Notes under the pieces: model-generated
What the model saw: the letters and a program-made list of their open reading frames with translations, nothing else
What the model was told of the DNA's origin: nothing
Databases searched by the model: none
Shown: piece by piece, positions 27,901-37,090 of the stretch
Layout: each line of letters opens with the position of its first letter
Numbering within the stretch: position 1 is the stretch's first letter
Made by a program: the position numbers and the translations under genes
From: Armatimonadota bacterium
Lineage (GTDB): Bacteria > Armatimonadota > SYMT01
Direction of reading: 5' to 3'
Assembly: GCA_046292385.1 (NCBI GenBank)
Contig: JBKBRF010000021.1
Location: 50,668-114,667, forward strand
Length of the DNA stretch: 64,000 bases

Positions 27901-28782
27901 ATGTCGCAGTGGAACCGGAGAGAATTGCTGCTCGGAGCGGTGCCGGCGCTGGGCGCCGCCTCGCTGGGGCTGACGGCCCCGGCTGCCGCCCAGGCGCAGG
28001 GCGCCGACCCGCCGTTCAAGCTTGGCACGGTGACCTACAACGTGCCGAAGGACTGGGACTTCCCCACGCTGGTGAAGCTGCTTCCGCAGGCGGGAGTCTC
28101 CGCCGTGGAGCTGCGCACCACGCACGCGCACGGGGTGGAGCCCTCGCTCGGCGCGTCCCAGCGGGCGGAGGTAAAGCAGCGCGCGGCGGACGGCGGCCTG
28201 GTGCTCTGGGGCCTGGGCACCACGTGCGAGTTCCACAGCCCGGACCCGGCGGTGGTGCGGGAGAACATCCGGACCTGCGGCGAGTTCGTGAAGCTGGCGC
28301 GGGACATTGGCGCGCGGGGCGTCAAGGTGCGTCCGAACGGCTTCCCGAACGACGTGCCGCAGGAGAAGACACTGGAGCAGATCGGTCGCGCGCTGCGGGA
28401 GTGCGGCCAGGTCGCGGCGGACCACGGCGTGGAGATCTGGGTGGAGGTCCACGGCGCCGGGACCCAGGAGCCGCGCCACATGCGGACGATGCTCGACCAC
28501 TGCGGGCACCCGTCGGTCGGCGCCAACTGGAATAGCAACGGGACCGACGTGAAGAACGGCTCCGTCAAGGAGAGCTTCGAGCTGCTCCGCCCCTACCTGA
28601 AGAGCGTCCACATCAACACCCTGTGGGGCTCCTACCCCTACCGGGAGCTGTTCGGCCTGCTCCGCCAGGCAGGCTACGACCGCTACACCCTCTGCGAGGT
28701 AGCGAGCCCCGTGAGGCCGGAGGAAGGCGTGCTCTTCTTCCAGTGCTACCGCGGGCTGTGGAGAGAGCTGGCCCGGGGCTGA
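27901..28782 (+). CDS. Tat-exported sugar phosphate isomerase/epimerase (xylose isomerase-like TIM barrel)
   Basis: NRRELL twin-arginine signal; VEVHG and SVHIN motifs. Confidence 0.85.
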   Translation: MSQWNRRELLLGAVPALGAASLGLTAPAAAQAQGADPPFKLGTVTYNVPKDWDFPTLVKLLPQAGVSAVELRTTHAHGVEPSLGASQRAEVKQRAADGGLVLWGLGTTCEFHSPDPAVVRENIRTCGEFVKLARDIGARGVKVRPNGFPNDVPQEKTLEQIGRALRECGQVAADHGVEIWVEVHGAGTQEPRHMRTMLDHCGHPSVGANWNSNGTDVKNGSVKESFELLRPYLKSVHINTLWGSYPYRELFGLLRQAGYDRYTLCEVASPVRPEEGVLFFQCYRGLWRELARG

Positions 28783-28792
28783 TTCCGAACCG

Positions 28793-29160
28793 GTTTTTCA
28801 CCGCAGAGGACGCAGAGCTCGCAAAGGGGAGAACTCTGGATAGATCAAACCCGAGTGAGAGCTACTTCTCACGCGGCCTCACCCCCGGCCCCTCTCCTGC
28901 GAGGAGAGGGGAGCTATGGATGTCAGGCTAGCCTACTCCCCCTTCCCTCGCAGGGAAGGGGGTTTGGGGGGTTAGGCCGCGCCGGAGCGCCAACCGATCG
29001 TAATACGCCTTCGAGAGCTTTCAGAGCAGCAGGACGCAAAGAACGCCGAGGATGGATCAGAGGGACGAGCCTGCCCCACCGCACAAGCTTCGTGCGGTGT
29101 CCCCGGCTGGTTCCCTTTTGTTCCCTCTCCGCGTCCTTTGCGTTCTCTGCGGTAAAAAAC
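28793..29160. repeat. Outer inverted-repeat element (ACCGCAGAGGACGCAGAG type) enclosing a second repeat
   Basis: 28793-28817 and 29136-29160 are reverse complements at 22/25 positions. Confidence 0.75.
28868..29029. repeat. ~160-bp dispersed structured repeat, copy 1 (CCTCACCCC..CCCTCTCC..GGAGAGGG..CCCCCTTCCC..GGGAAGGGGG..TTAGG)
   Basis: Colinear with 56837-56997; both end in TTTCAGAGCAG. Confidence 0.85.
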
Positions 29161-29195
29161 TCGCTGCGGGCGGCACCGAGTTAAACGCTAGACGC

Positions 29196-29711
29196 TCACT
29201 CGTCCGGCGTCGGGATCGGCTTGATGACGACCGGCTTCTTCTTGGACTTCTTTTCCTTCTTCTCGTCCTTCTTCGCCTCGTCGGCCGATTTCTCGCCCTC
29301 AGGCTTCTTCTCGTCCGTCGCGGCCTCGCCGGCCTTCTCGGGCTTGGGGACGCGCAGCGTGTACTGCATCGTCTGGGAGCCGCGGCGCATCCAGAGCGTC
29401 ACTTCCTTGCCGGGGCGGATGTCGTTGATACGCTCGAAGACCGGGCGGAGCTGACGAACCTCGCGGTCGTCGAAGCGGATCAGCTCGTCGCCGACGCGGA
29501 CGCCCTTCAGCGCTGCCTCGCTCTTCTCCTCGATCTTCAGCACGAACGGATGCGGGTTGCTCCGCTCCTCGCCTACGTACATCCCGAGCAGCCAGCCGGC
29601 GCGCTCCGCCTTGTAGACGCCCTTCTGGCGCTTCTCGCCCTCGGCGTGCGCGGCGCCCACGCAGAACACCGCGGCGGCGGCCAGCAGTAGTGATCGGCTC
29701 CAGCGGTTCAT
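29196..29711 (-). CDS. Exported PDZ-domain protein with Lys/Glu-rich tail
   Basis: Signal peptide from MNRWSRS (GAGGA RBS); WLLGM...SEAALKGVRVGDELIRFD. Confidence 0.85.
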   Translation of the reverse strand: MNRWSRSLLLAAAAVFCVGAAHAEGEKRQKGVYKAERAGWLLGMYVGEERSNPHPFVLKIEEKSEAALKGVRVGDELIRFDDREVRQLRPVFERINDIRPGKEVTLWMRRGSQTMQYTLRVPKPEKAGEAATDEKKPEGEKSADEAKKDEKKEKKSKKKPVVIKPIPTPDE

Positions 29712-29972
29712 GGTCGATTCCTCCGTGGTCTCGGCGTCCCTGTTGGCTTCGCCAGGCGACGTCTCCTCCCCCACTCGGTTGTATCGGGAAGTCGGCCGCG
29801 TGTCCGACGAAGCAAGCGCCAGGGTATCAGCCGCCCTCCCGTCTATGAACAGGGCGTTTGGAGTCCGGGGGTGGGCGGTAAAGTGAGCCCAGTTACCCAA
29901 GCTGCTGTCTGGTCGTGGGGTGAATCACGACCACAACGACCCGGCCGGCCAGGGCTCGGGCGAGGAAACTGA

Positions 29973-31040
29973 ATGCTCACACTGGTCACGGGCGCGACCG
30001 GTTTTCTGGGGCGAGCGCTGGTCCGCGAGCTGGCGGACCGGGGGGCGGCGCTTCGAGTCCTGACGCGCGATCCGGAACGGGCGACGCGGGAATGCCCCGG
30101 GGCCGCGGAGTACGTCCCGGGCGACCTCGCCGACCCGGAGAGCCTGGGGCGAGCGGTGCAGGGAGCGCGACATGTCTTCCACCTCGCCACGAGCACCCAA
30201 GGGCCGTGGGAGCAGTACGAGCGAGAGACGGTCCACGGCTCCGCGCACCTGGCCAGGGCCGCCGCCGCGGCCGGAGTGGAGCGGTTCCTCTACGTCAGCT
30301 CGATCTGGGTGGTCGACCTGTTTGGCGGCCACGACGTGATCGACGAGCGCACCCCGTACCGCACCCAGCACCTGAACCGGTACATCCGCTCCAAGCTGCT
30401 GGCGGAGCAAGCGGTGCTGGCGGTCGCCAGGGAGACTTCCCTGCCGCTCGTCGTGGCGCGGCCGGGGCGCCTCTTCGGTCCGGGCAGCCCGGAGCTGCTC
30501 TCGCCCGGGTTCCGGCTGGGCTCCCGGGTGGTGCTGACCGGCTGGCGAGACACTCCGAGTCCCACGATCTTTCTCCAACACGCGGTCGAGGCGCTCTGTC
30601 TGCTGATGGAGCGGGGTGAGCCGGGCGGGATCTATCACCTGGTCGATGACCAGCCGGTGCGCCGGCACGCGTACCTCCGGCTGCTCCGCCGCCATTACAA
30701 CCCGCGGCTCCTCCCGGTGCGCGTGCCGGCCGTGTGCGTCGGCGCGGCGATCTCCGCACTCCGGCTCTGCGGGCGACTGCACCCCACGCTGGCGGAGCTG
30801 GCGCGCTACGCGGAGCGCAGCGCGGAGCGCGTTTCCGGCGGCCGGGAGATCCGCTTTTCCAACCAACGCCTGCGAGCCCTGGGCTGGCGGCAGTCGTCGC
30901 CCACGGAGCTCAACCTCCTCCGCACCATCCGCTCGTTTGACAATAATCGAGAGGGTGACACACCAAGCCCGGCCATTCCCGGTGCGGAGTCCCCGGCCGG
31001 GCCGGATAGCCCTCCAGAAGGAGTCACGAATGCGATCTAG
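29973..31040 (+). CDS. NAD-dependent epimerase/dehydratase (extended SDR)
   Basis: TGATGFLG, YVSS and YxxxK (YIRSK) motifs. Confidence 0.9.
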   Translation: MLTLVTGATGFLGRALVRELADRGAALRVLTRDPERATRECPGAAEYVPGDLADPESLGRAVQGARHVFHLATSTQGPWEQYERETVHGSAHLARAAAAAGVERFLYVSSIWVVDLFGGHDVIDERTPYRTQHLNRYIRSKLLAEQAVLAVARETSLPLVVARPGRLFGPGSPELLSPGFRLGSRVVLTGWRDTPSPTIFLQHAVEALCLLMERGEPGGIYHLVDDQPVRRHAYLRLLRRHYNPRLLPVRVPAVCVGAAISALRLCGRLHPTLAELARYAERSAERVSGGREIRFSNQRLRALGWRQSSPTELNLLRTIRSFDNNREGDTPSPAIPGAESPAGPDSPPEGVTNAI

Positions 31041-32481
31041 AGCTCGGGGCCACCGCTGGCCCCGCTTCGGCGTCGCGATCCTCGCCGCCGCGCTCGTAGC
31101 CATAGCCGCCGCGCGCCCTTCCACCAGCGGCGGGGCATCCCCGGAAACCCAGGGGGCCTGGTCTGCCGTGCAGGACTGGCCCGTCATCGCGATCCACAGC
31201 CACGTGCTGCCCACGGGGAACGTGCTGGCGTGGGGCGGGCTGGAAGAGAGTAACTACGCTCCGGAAGTCCGCCTCTGGAACCCCACCACGGGCCAGTTCG
31301 TGGGGAGCTTCCCGAACACCCGGACCAACGTCTTCTGCGCCGGCCACTCGTTCCTGCCGGACGGCCGCTTGCTGGTGACCGGCGGGCATATCACCCCGTT
31401 CCGGGGCGTTGCGGACATCAACATCTTCAATCCGTTCAGCAACACCTGGTCGGCGGGTCCGACCATGAACGCCCCGCGGTGGTATCCCACCAACGTGACG
31501 CTCCCCAACGGGGAGGTGCTGATCGTGGCGGGCACGATCACCAAAAAGAAGAACAACAAGATTCCGCAGGTGCTCACCACGTCCGGCAGCCTGCGGACCC
31601 TGAGCCGGGCGAAGCGCGGTCTCTACACCTATCCGTGGATGCACCTGGCGCCGAACGGCCGGGTCTTTATGGCGGGGCCGGACCGGTCGACCGCCTACCT
31701 GGATACCGCCGGCACGGGCCGCTGGAAGACGGTCGGAAACCGCAAGGTGAGCAACCGCCGCGAAGGGAGCATGGCGCCCTACGACGTCGACAGGATCCTG
31801 GTGGCGGGCGGCGGGAACAACCCGACCAACACCGCCGAGGTGATCGATCTGAGCGCGGCCCGGCCGAAGTGGCGGAAGGTCTCCCCCATGGCGAGCCGCC
31901 GGCGGCACCTGAACCTGACCACGCTGCCGGACGGCACGGTGCTGGCGAGCGGCGGCACTTCCGGCAAGGGCTTCAACAACGTACGCTTCCCGGTGCTCTC
32001 CGCGGAGCTGTGGAACCCTGCGACCGAGCGGTTCACCACGCTCGCCTCCATGCGGACGCCCCGGCTCTATCACTCGGTCGCGATGCTGCTCCCGGACGCC
32101 CGGGTGCTGATGGCGGGCGGCGAGGGCGAAGGCGGACCGGCGCAGCCGAACGCGGAGATCTTCTCGCCGCCGTACCTCTTCAAGGGCGCCCGGCCGACGA
32201 TCAGCTCCACGCCCTCCACGGTCACCTACGGCCAGACCTTCTTCGTCGGCACGCCGGACGCCGGCTCGATCCAGAAGGTGACCTGGATCCGGCTGCAGTC
32301 GGTCACGCACAGCTACAACCAGGACCAACGGATCAACCGCCTCACCTTTACGCCGTCCGGCGGAGGGCTGAACGTCGCCGCCCCGGCGGATCCGCGGCTG
32401 GCGCCCCCGGGCCACTACATGCTCTTCATCCTGAACGGCAGCGGGGTGCCGTCCGTCTCGCGAATCGTCCGCATCAGTTAG
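31030..32481 (+). CDS. Exported galactose oxidase/glyoxal oxidase-like copper radical oxidase (AA5, kelch + DUF1929)
   Basis: FCAG (Cys), RWYPT (Tyr), RLYHS (Tyr-His), VTHS (His) and APPGHYMLF motifs; start at ATG 31030. Confidence 0.9.
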   Translation: MRSRARGHRWPRFGVAILAAALVAIAAARPSTSGGASPETQGAWSAVQDWPVIAIHSHVLPTGNVLAWGGLEESNYAPEVRLWNPTTGQFVGSFPNTRTNVFCAGHSFLPDGRLLVTGGHITPFRGVADINIFNPFSNTWSAGPTMNAPRWYPTNVTLPNGEVLIVAGTITKKKNNKIPQVLTTSGSLRTLSRAKRGLYTYPWMHLAPNGRVFMAGPDRSTAYLDTAGTGRWKTVGNRKVSNRREGSMAPYDVDRILVAGGGNNPTNTAEVIDLSAARPKWRKVSPMASRRRHLNLTTLPDGTVLASGGTSGKGFNNVRFPVLSAELWNPATERFTTLASMRTPRLYHSVAMLLPDARVLMAGGEGEGGPAQPNAEIFSPPYLFKGARPTISSTPSTVTYGQTFFVGTPDAGSIQKVTWIRLQSVTHSYNQDQRINRLTFTPSGGGLNVAAPADPRLAPPGHYMLFILNGSGVPSVSRIVRIS

Positions 32482-32548
32482 CGGACGTTAGCAGGTTGCG
32501 GGTTTGCAGGTTAGAACCCGGTTTCCGGGAGCGCAGACCTGCAGCCTG

Positions 32549-33391
32549 CTACCTGGCCTGACGCCGTGTCCCCGCACTCGAAACCGCCGCGATCTCGGCC
32601 CGGAGCGCGGCGATCTCCTGCTGAAGCGCCTGGAGCTGCTCCGCACCGGCGACCCCGCCCTGCGCCTCCTGGGCGTCCCGCCCGATGAAATAGGAAGCGA
32701 GCGTGGCGGTGACGTACCCGAAGATCGCGGTGGCGAAGAGCGAGAGGATGAAGCTCAGGAGACGACCCTCGGCCGTCCGGGGCCAGTACTCGGAGCCGAG
32801 GGTGGTCATCAGCATGCCGGTCCACCAGAGCGCGTCCGGGTAGCCCCGGAAGCCGCCGCCGGGCGCCGACTTCTCGAACTCGAGCATCCCCGCGGCGCCC
32901 GCAAAGGTGACGAGCACCGCGGTCACCAGGACGTAGCCGAAGCCCCGGCGACCGAAGGCGCTGCGGACCGCCCGGATGCCGCGGTTGAGCGAGGTGATGA
33001 GCCGGAAGAACCGGACGCCCCGGGCGGCGCGGGTGGCCCGGAGCAGCCGCAGCACCCGCACGATGCGGAACACCCGCAGCGCGGGAAGCGCCAGCGCCAG
33101 CACGGTGAGCCATTGGCTCCGCAGGAACGGCAGCTTCTCCGGCGCGAGAGCAAACTTCACGAGGAAGTCGACCACGAAGATGCCCCAGATGACGGTGCCG
33201 ATCTGCTCCAGCAGCGGCATGGGGCCCCAGAGGATCTCCGCCACGAACAGGCCGAGCCAGACGAATCCGAGGATCACCATCGGCGTCTCGAGCCAGTCGA
33301 CGAGCTGGTCCAGCAGCTCCCACCGCTCGCGCCGCAGCGTCTCCTCCACCTGCCGCTCGTCGCCCCTCAACTCCCGATCCAGCTCCGCCAT
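32549..33391 (-). CDS. 6-TM voltage-gated K+-channel-like ion transporter
   Basis: S4 Arg repeat LRVFRIVRVLRLLR; pore DALWW...TTLGSEYWPRT..GR; C-terminal coiled coil. Confidence 0.88.
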   Translation of the reverse strand: MAELDRELRGDERQVEETLRRERWELLDQLVDWLETPMVILGFVWLGLFVAEILWGPMPLLEQIGTVIWGIFVVDFLVKFALAPEKLPFLRSQWLTVLALALPALRVFRIVRVLRLLRATRAARGVRFFRLITSLNRGIRAVRSAFGRRGFGYVLVTAVLVTFAGAAGMLEFEKSAPGGGFRGYPDALWWTGMLMTTLGSEYWPRTAEGRLLSFILSLFATAIFGYVTATLASYFIGRDAQEAQGGVAGAEQLQALQQEIAALRAEIAAVSSAGTRRQAR

Positions 33392-33536
33392 TTGCCGTCC
33401 CTCCCGGAGCCCACCCGCTCCTGATGGGGTCTACCGGCCCCGGAAGGCGCGCGAAACCCCGCCGGGCGGGCGTAAAGCAGGCAGGCAGATCGTCGCTCCA
33501 CCCCGAATGAGGCGATAGACCACCGGAGCCATCGCC

Positions 33537-35006
33537 ATGCCGCGTCTCGCCGTTCCCCTCTCCGCTCTGCTCCTCGCTTCGGCCGGGGCCGGGCTGGTGC
33601 CGCGTGCTGCCACCTCCGCGGGCGGGCGCGCGGACCGGTCCGCGATCTACGGCCACTCCGCGCCGGAGCGGCCGTCCGGCCCGGTGGATCTTGGGGCCGG
33701 CCCGCACCTCTTTCTGGACGACTACCTGATCGAGTCGAGCGAGGGGCTCACCCGGAGCGCGAACCGCCCACCGCGCGATCCGGCGCTCCCGAACCCGATC
33801 GTCACCGGCAAGGAAGACGGGTGCTTCCAACCCTACCTCTCCGTCGTCCGCGATCCGGAGCGCGGGGTCTTCCGCCTCTGGTACGGCGCTCGGACCGAGG
33901 ACCGCCGCGGCGACGCCTCTCGCCTCGCCTACCTGGAATCGCCGGACGGCATCCGCTGGCAACGTCCGCACCGCCTGCTGCCCGACCCGGGGCCGATCCA
34001 GTTCGGCGTGAGCGTGCTGGACGAGGGCCCCGGCTACCCCGACCGGGCGAAGCGCTACAAGTACGCCTGGTGGCACGGCGGCGGCCTGCGCGTGGCCGGC
34101 TCCCCGGACGGCTTCCGCTTTACCCCGCTTGCCGGCGACCGGGTGCTGCTGCCGCACAATCACGACATCAACGGCATCTTCTGGGACCCGATCCGCAAGC
34201 GGTACGGCGCGATCGCCTCCACCTACGAGCCGGGGCCGAAGTGGAAGGGACAGCGGCGGGTGACGATGCAGAGCGTGAGCCCCGACCTGCGCCAGTGGCA
34301 GGAGCCGTGGCTCGTCCTGACGCCGGAGGACGGCGTCGACCCAGGCGAGACGCAGTTCTACGCGATGGACGGCATTCTGGCGCGCGGCGACCTGCTGATC
34401 GGCATGGTGAAGGTGCTGCGCGACGACCTGGTGGCGGACACCCCGCCCGATCCGCCGGAGCAGTACGGCATCGGCTACACGACGCTCGCCTGGAGCCGGG
34501 ACGGCGAACGCTGGGTGCGGGACCGGGAGCACTTCTTCGATCCCGACCCGAAGCGAGGCGCCTGGGACCACGCCCACGCGTGGATTGATGAACAGGTGCC
34601 GGTCGGCGACCAGGTCTACCTCTACTACGGCGGCTACGCGCGCGGGCACAAGGTGAACCGCTTCGAGGAGCGGCAGCTCGGCCTGGTGCGGATGCGGCGG
34701 GACCGGTACGTCGCCCGCGCAGCCGGAGAGACGCCGGGCACCCTGCGGACCGTGGTGGTCGTCCCCCGCGGCGACCGCCTGACGCTGAACGTCGACGCCG
34801 CCGGAGGAGAGGTCCGCGCCCGCCTGCTGAAGCCGGACGGCACCCCGCTCCGCGGCTTCACCTACGCTGACTGCCGCCCCATTGCGAGCGACTCCCTCGA
34901 CGCGCCGGTGCGGTGGAAGCGCCCCCTCGCGGAGCTAAAGGGCAAGCCGGTGCGCCTGGAGCTTCAGATGCGCAGCGCTAAGCTCTATGCACTCTCGGTG
35001 AAGTGA
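33537..35006 (+). CDS. Exported five-bladed beta-propeller glycoside hydrolase-like protein
   Basis: Signal peptide; HLFLDDYLIE; Asp-box-like ESPDGIRW, SPDGFRF, SPDLRQW and SRDGERW repeats. Confidence 0.7.
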   Translation: MPRLAVPLSALLLASAGAGLVPRAATSAGGRADRSAIYGHSAPERPSGPVDLGAGPHLFLDDYLIESSEGLTRSANRPPRDPALPNPIVTGKEDGCFQPYLSVVRDPERGVFRLWYGARTEDRRGDASRLAYLESPDGIRWQRPHRLLPDPGPIQFGVSVLDEGPGYPDRAKRYKYAWWHGGGLRVAGSPDGFRFTPLAGDRVLLPHNHDINGIFWDPIRKRYGAIASTYEPGPKWKGQRRVTMQSVSPDLRQWQEPWLVLTPEDGVDPGETQFYAMDGILARGDLLIGMVKVLRDDLVADTPPDPPEQYGIGYTTLAWSRDGERWVRDREHFFDPDPKRGAWDHAHAWIDEQVPVGDQVYLYYGGYARGHKVNRFEERQLGLVRMRRDRYVARAAGETPGTLRTVVVVPRGDRLTLNVDAAGGEVRARLLKPDGTPLRGFTYADCRPIASDSLDAPVRWKRPLAELKGKPVRLELQMRSAKLYALSVK

Positions 35007-35036
35007 CGCGTTGCGTCGGGTGCGAGCGCGGCGGGC

Positions 35037-35984
35037 TCACGGCACCCGCGAACGAGAAGGGAGTCGGGTTCCGAGAACACCCTTCACCTGGTTCCCGTCG
35101 AACGTGATTGCCAGCAGCGCGTCCTCTTCGAAGTACCGGGCGTAGGCCAGGATCTCCAGGCGTCCGTCGCCGTTTACGTCGAGTGGCGCGAAAACCCGAT
35201 ATGCTGCTACCTGCGTGTTCGCCGACTCGAACGCGAGCGCGACCTCACGAACCCGGCCGCGGCTGAGGAAGCGCAGCCCCAGGAGCGCGAAGTCTCCCTC
35301 GACGGCGCGCCCGGGTCCCTCGCGATACGGCGACTTCCACGCCTCGCGGGAGCGGGCGGTCCAGAGGACCTCCTCCGTCCCGTCTCCGTTCAGGTCGATC
35401 CGCCACGAGTCCAGGACGCGCCAACGGGACGGCTCACGAGCCCCCATACGTGCCAGCAGCTTACGAGTGCTCGGTCGGAGCTCGGCACGGTCAGGCCCCT
35501 GACGCCGCGCGATGCGAGGTCGAGCATTGCTGGCGCCGGAGAGGTATACGCCCGGCGGTGCAGGGCGAATGGGCCGGTACCCAATCGGCTCCATCCCCTC
35601 CGCTTGATGCGGCACAGGCTTGGTACGGACCGCACGAGGGGCGGCAGCAGGTGATGAGAAGGCGAGCCATTCGGATGCGGTCCACGCTCCCAGCGCACCC
35701 ACCTCCGGAAGCCCGATCCATCCACGAGAGGGACTCCAGCCACCGGAGAGCGAGAGGCGCTCGACAGGACTCCGCGGCGCGGCATACGCCACGAGCGTAA
35801 GCGGTTCACGCTCGGCCGAACTCGATGCCACCTCCGCCTGGCAGCACAGCCCCAGCGCGGCAGTGAGGCCTGCCAGGCGAGCCAGATGGATCGGCAGCGG
35901 CAACGCATCCCTCGCTTTCGAGCGCCATCGGTGGAGTGCTACCCCTATGGTGACCCGGGACGGGAGCTGGATTCGAACGGCCAA
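35037..35984 (-). CDS. Hypothetical protein with DxNGDG (FG-GAP-like) loops; start uncertain
   Basis: DLNGDGTEE and DVNGDGRLE; follows the ADP-ribosylglycohydrolase on the same strand. Confidence 0.55.
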   Translation of the reverse strand: MAVRIQLPSRVTIGVALHRWRSKARDALPLPIHLARLAGLTAALGLCCQAEVASSSAEREPLTLVAYAAPRSPVERLSLSGGWSPSRGWIGLPEVGALGAWTASEWLAFSSPAAAPRAVRTKPVPHQAEGMEPIGYRPIRPAPPGVYLSGASNARPRIARRQGPDRAELRPSTRKLLARMGAREPSRWRVLDSWRIDLNGDGTEEVLWTARSREAWKSPYREGPGRAVEGDFALLGLRFLSRGRVREVALAFESANTQVAAYRVFAPLDVNGDGRLEILAYARYFEEDALLAITFDGNQVKGVLGTRLPSRSRVP

Positions 35985-36898
35985 TCCGGCAGCGGCTCCC
36001 GCTTCCGGAGCCAGCGCTCCGGGATCGCCTCAGCTCCCGTGTAGGCGGCGACGATCCCGCCGACGATGGCGCAGGTGGTGTCCCGGTCTCCCAGGGCGCT
36101 AACGGTCAGCCAGAGCGCCTCTTCGTAGTGGTCCAGGCGCTCGCCGGCGGACCAGAGGCAGAACGGCACCGTATCCTGCGCGGAGATCCGGGAGCCGTTC
36201 CCCAGCGCCATCGCCGCCAGCTCCACGGAACAGCCGGGCTCCAGGCTCCAGGCGTGGCGGAGCTTCTCCCGGACCTCGCTGTCGGGCGTCCGCTCCCGCA
36301 CCCGCTCCAGCAGCTCACGGCGGCTCGGGCGCTCTCCCGCCTCCCGGGAGCGCGCGGCCCAGGCGGCGGCGAGCGCCACCGCGACGGCGCCTGCGATCCC
36401 CTCCGGATGTGAGTGGGTCACCGCAGCCGACCGGGCCGCGTGCTCGACCACGGCGTCCAGGTCGTCCGCGAAGTAGGCGCCGAGCGGCGCGACCCGCATC
36501 GCGGCGCCGTTGCCGTAGGAGCCCTGCCCACCGAAGAGCGCGGAAGCCGCCCCCTGCCACGGCTGCCCCTGGCGGATATCCGCCAGGAGCCCGTGCATGG
36601 CGGCGCCGTACCCGCGGCCGGGGTCGTACCGCTCCGCGAAGCTCCACGCGAGGCGGTCCGGGTCGATCCCGCCGCACTCGGCCAGGACCGCGTAGACGGA
36701 GAGCGCCATCTCGGTGTCGTCGGTGTACCACCAGGGCGCCGCCAGCTCCGCGCGCCGGGCGATCAGGCTGCGGAGTGGACCGGCGCTGGTGTCCGAGAGG
36801 GTGAAATAGCGGTCGCCGAACGCGTCACCGACGGAGAGCCCTTCCAGCGATTGGCGAGCGCGCTGGAGGCGCTGGTCGGTGGAGGCGAAATCTGGCAT
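35945..36898 (-). CDS. ADP-ribosylglycohydrolase family protein
   Basis: GDAFG, YTDDTEM, GNGAAMR, THSHP and GDRDTT motifs. Confidence 0.93.
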   Translation of the reverse strand: MPDFASTDQRLQRARQSLEGLSVGDAFGDRYFTLSDTSAGPLRSLIARRAELAAPWWYTDDTEMALSVYAVLAECGGIDPDRLAWSFAERYDPGRGYGAAMHGLLADIRQGQPWQGAASALFGGQGSYGNGAAMRVAPLGAYFADDLDAVVEHAARSAAVTHSHPEGIAGAVAVALAAAWAARSREAGERPSRRELLERVRERTPDSEVREKLRHAWSLEPGCSVELAAMALGNGSRISAQDTVPFCLWSAGERLDHYEEALWLTVSALGDRDTTCAIVGGIVAAYTGAEAIPERWLRKREPLPDWPFESSSRPGSP

Positions 36899-37090
36899 CA
36901 CCTGAGCTCCTGGCTTTCACAATGCTCGGACTGGTAAACGGTGCCCGGTCCACCGAGTCCGTAATGGTTCTTCGCATGAAAGAGGTGATACGGGGGGCCG
37001 CCTGCAACGTGAGGGAAATCACCGGTTCATGCGGATTGTATCCTCCGCCACCTCGCGGGGCATGCTCCGCGAGGTGGCACGGCATCCCGG

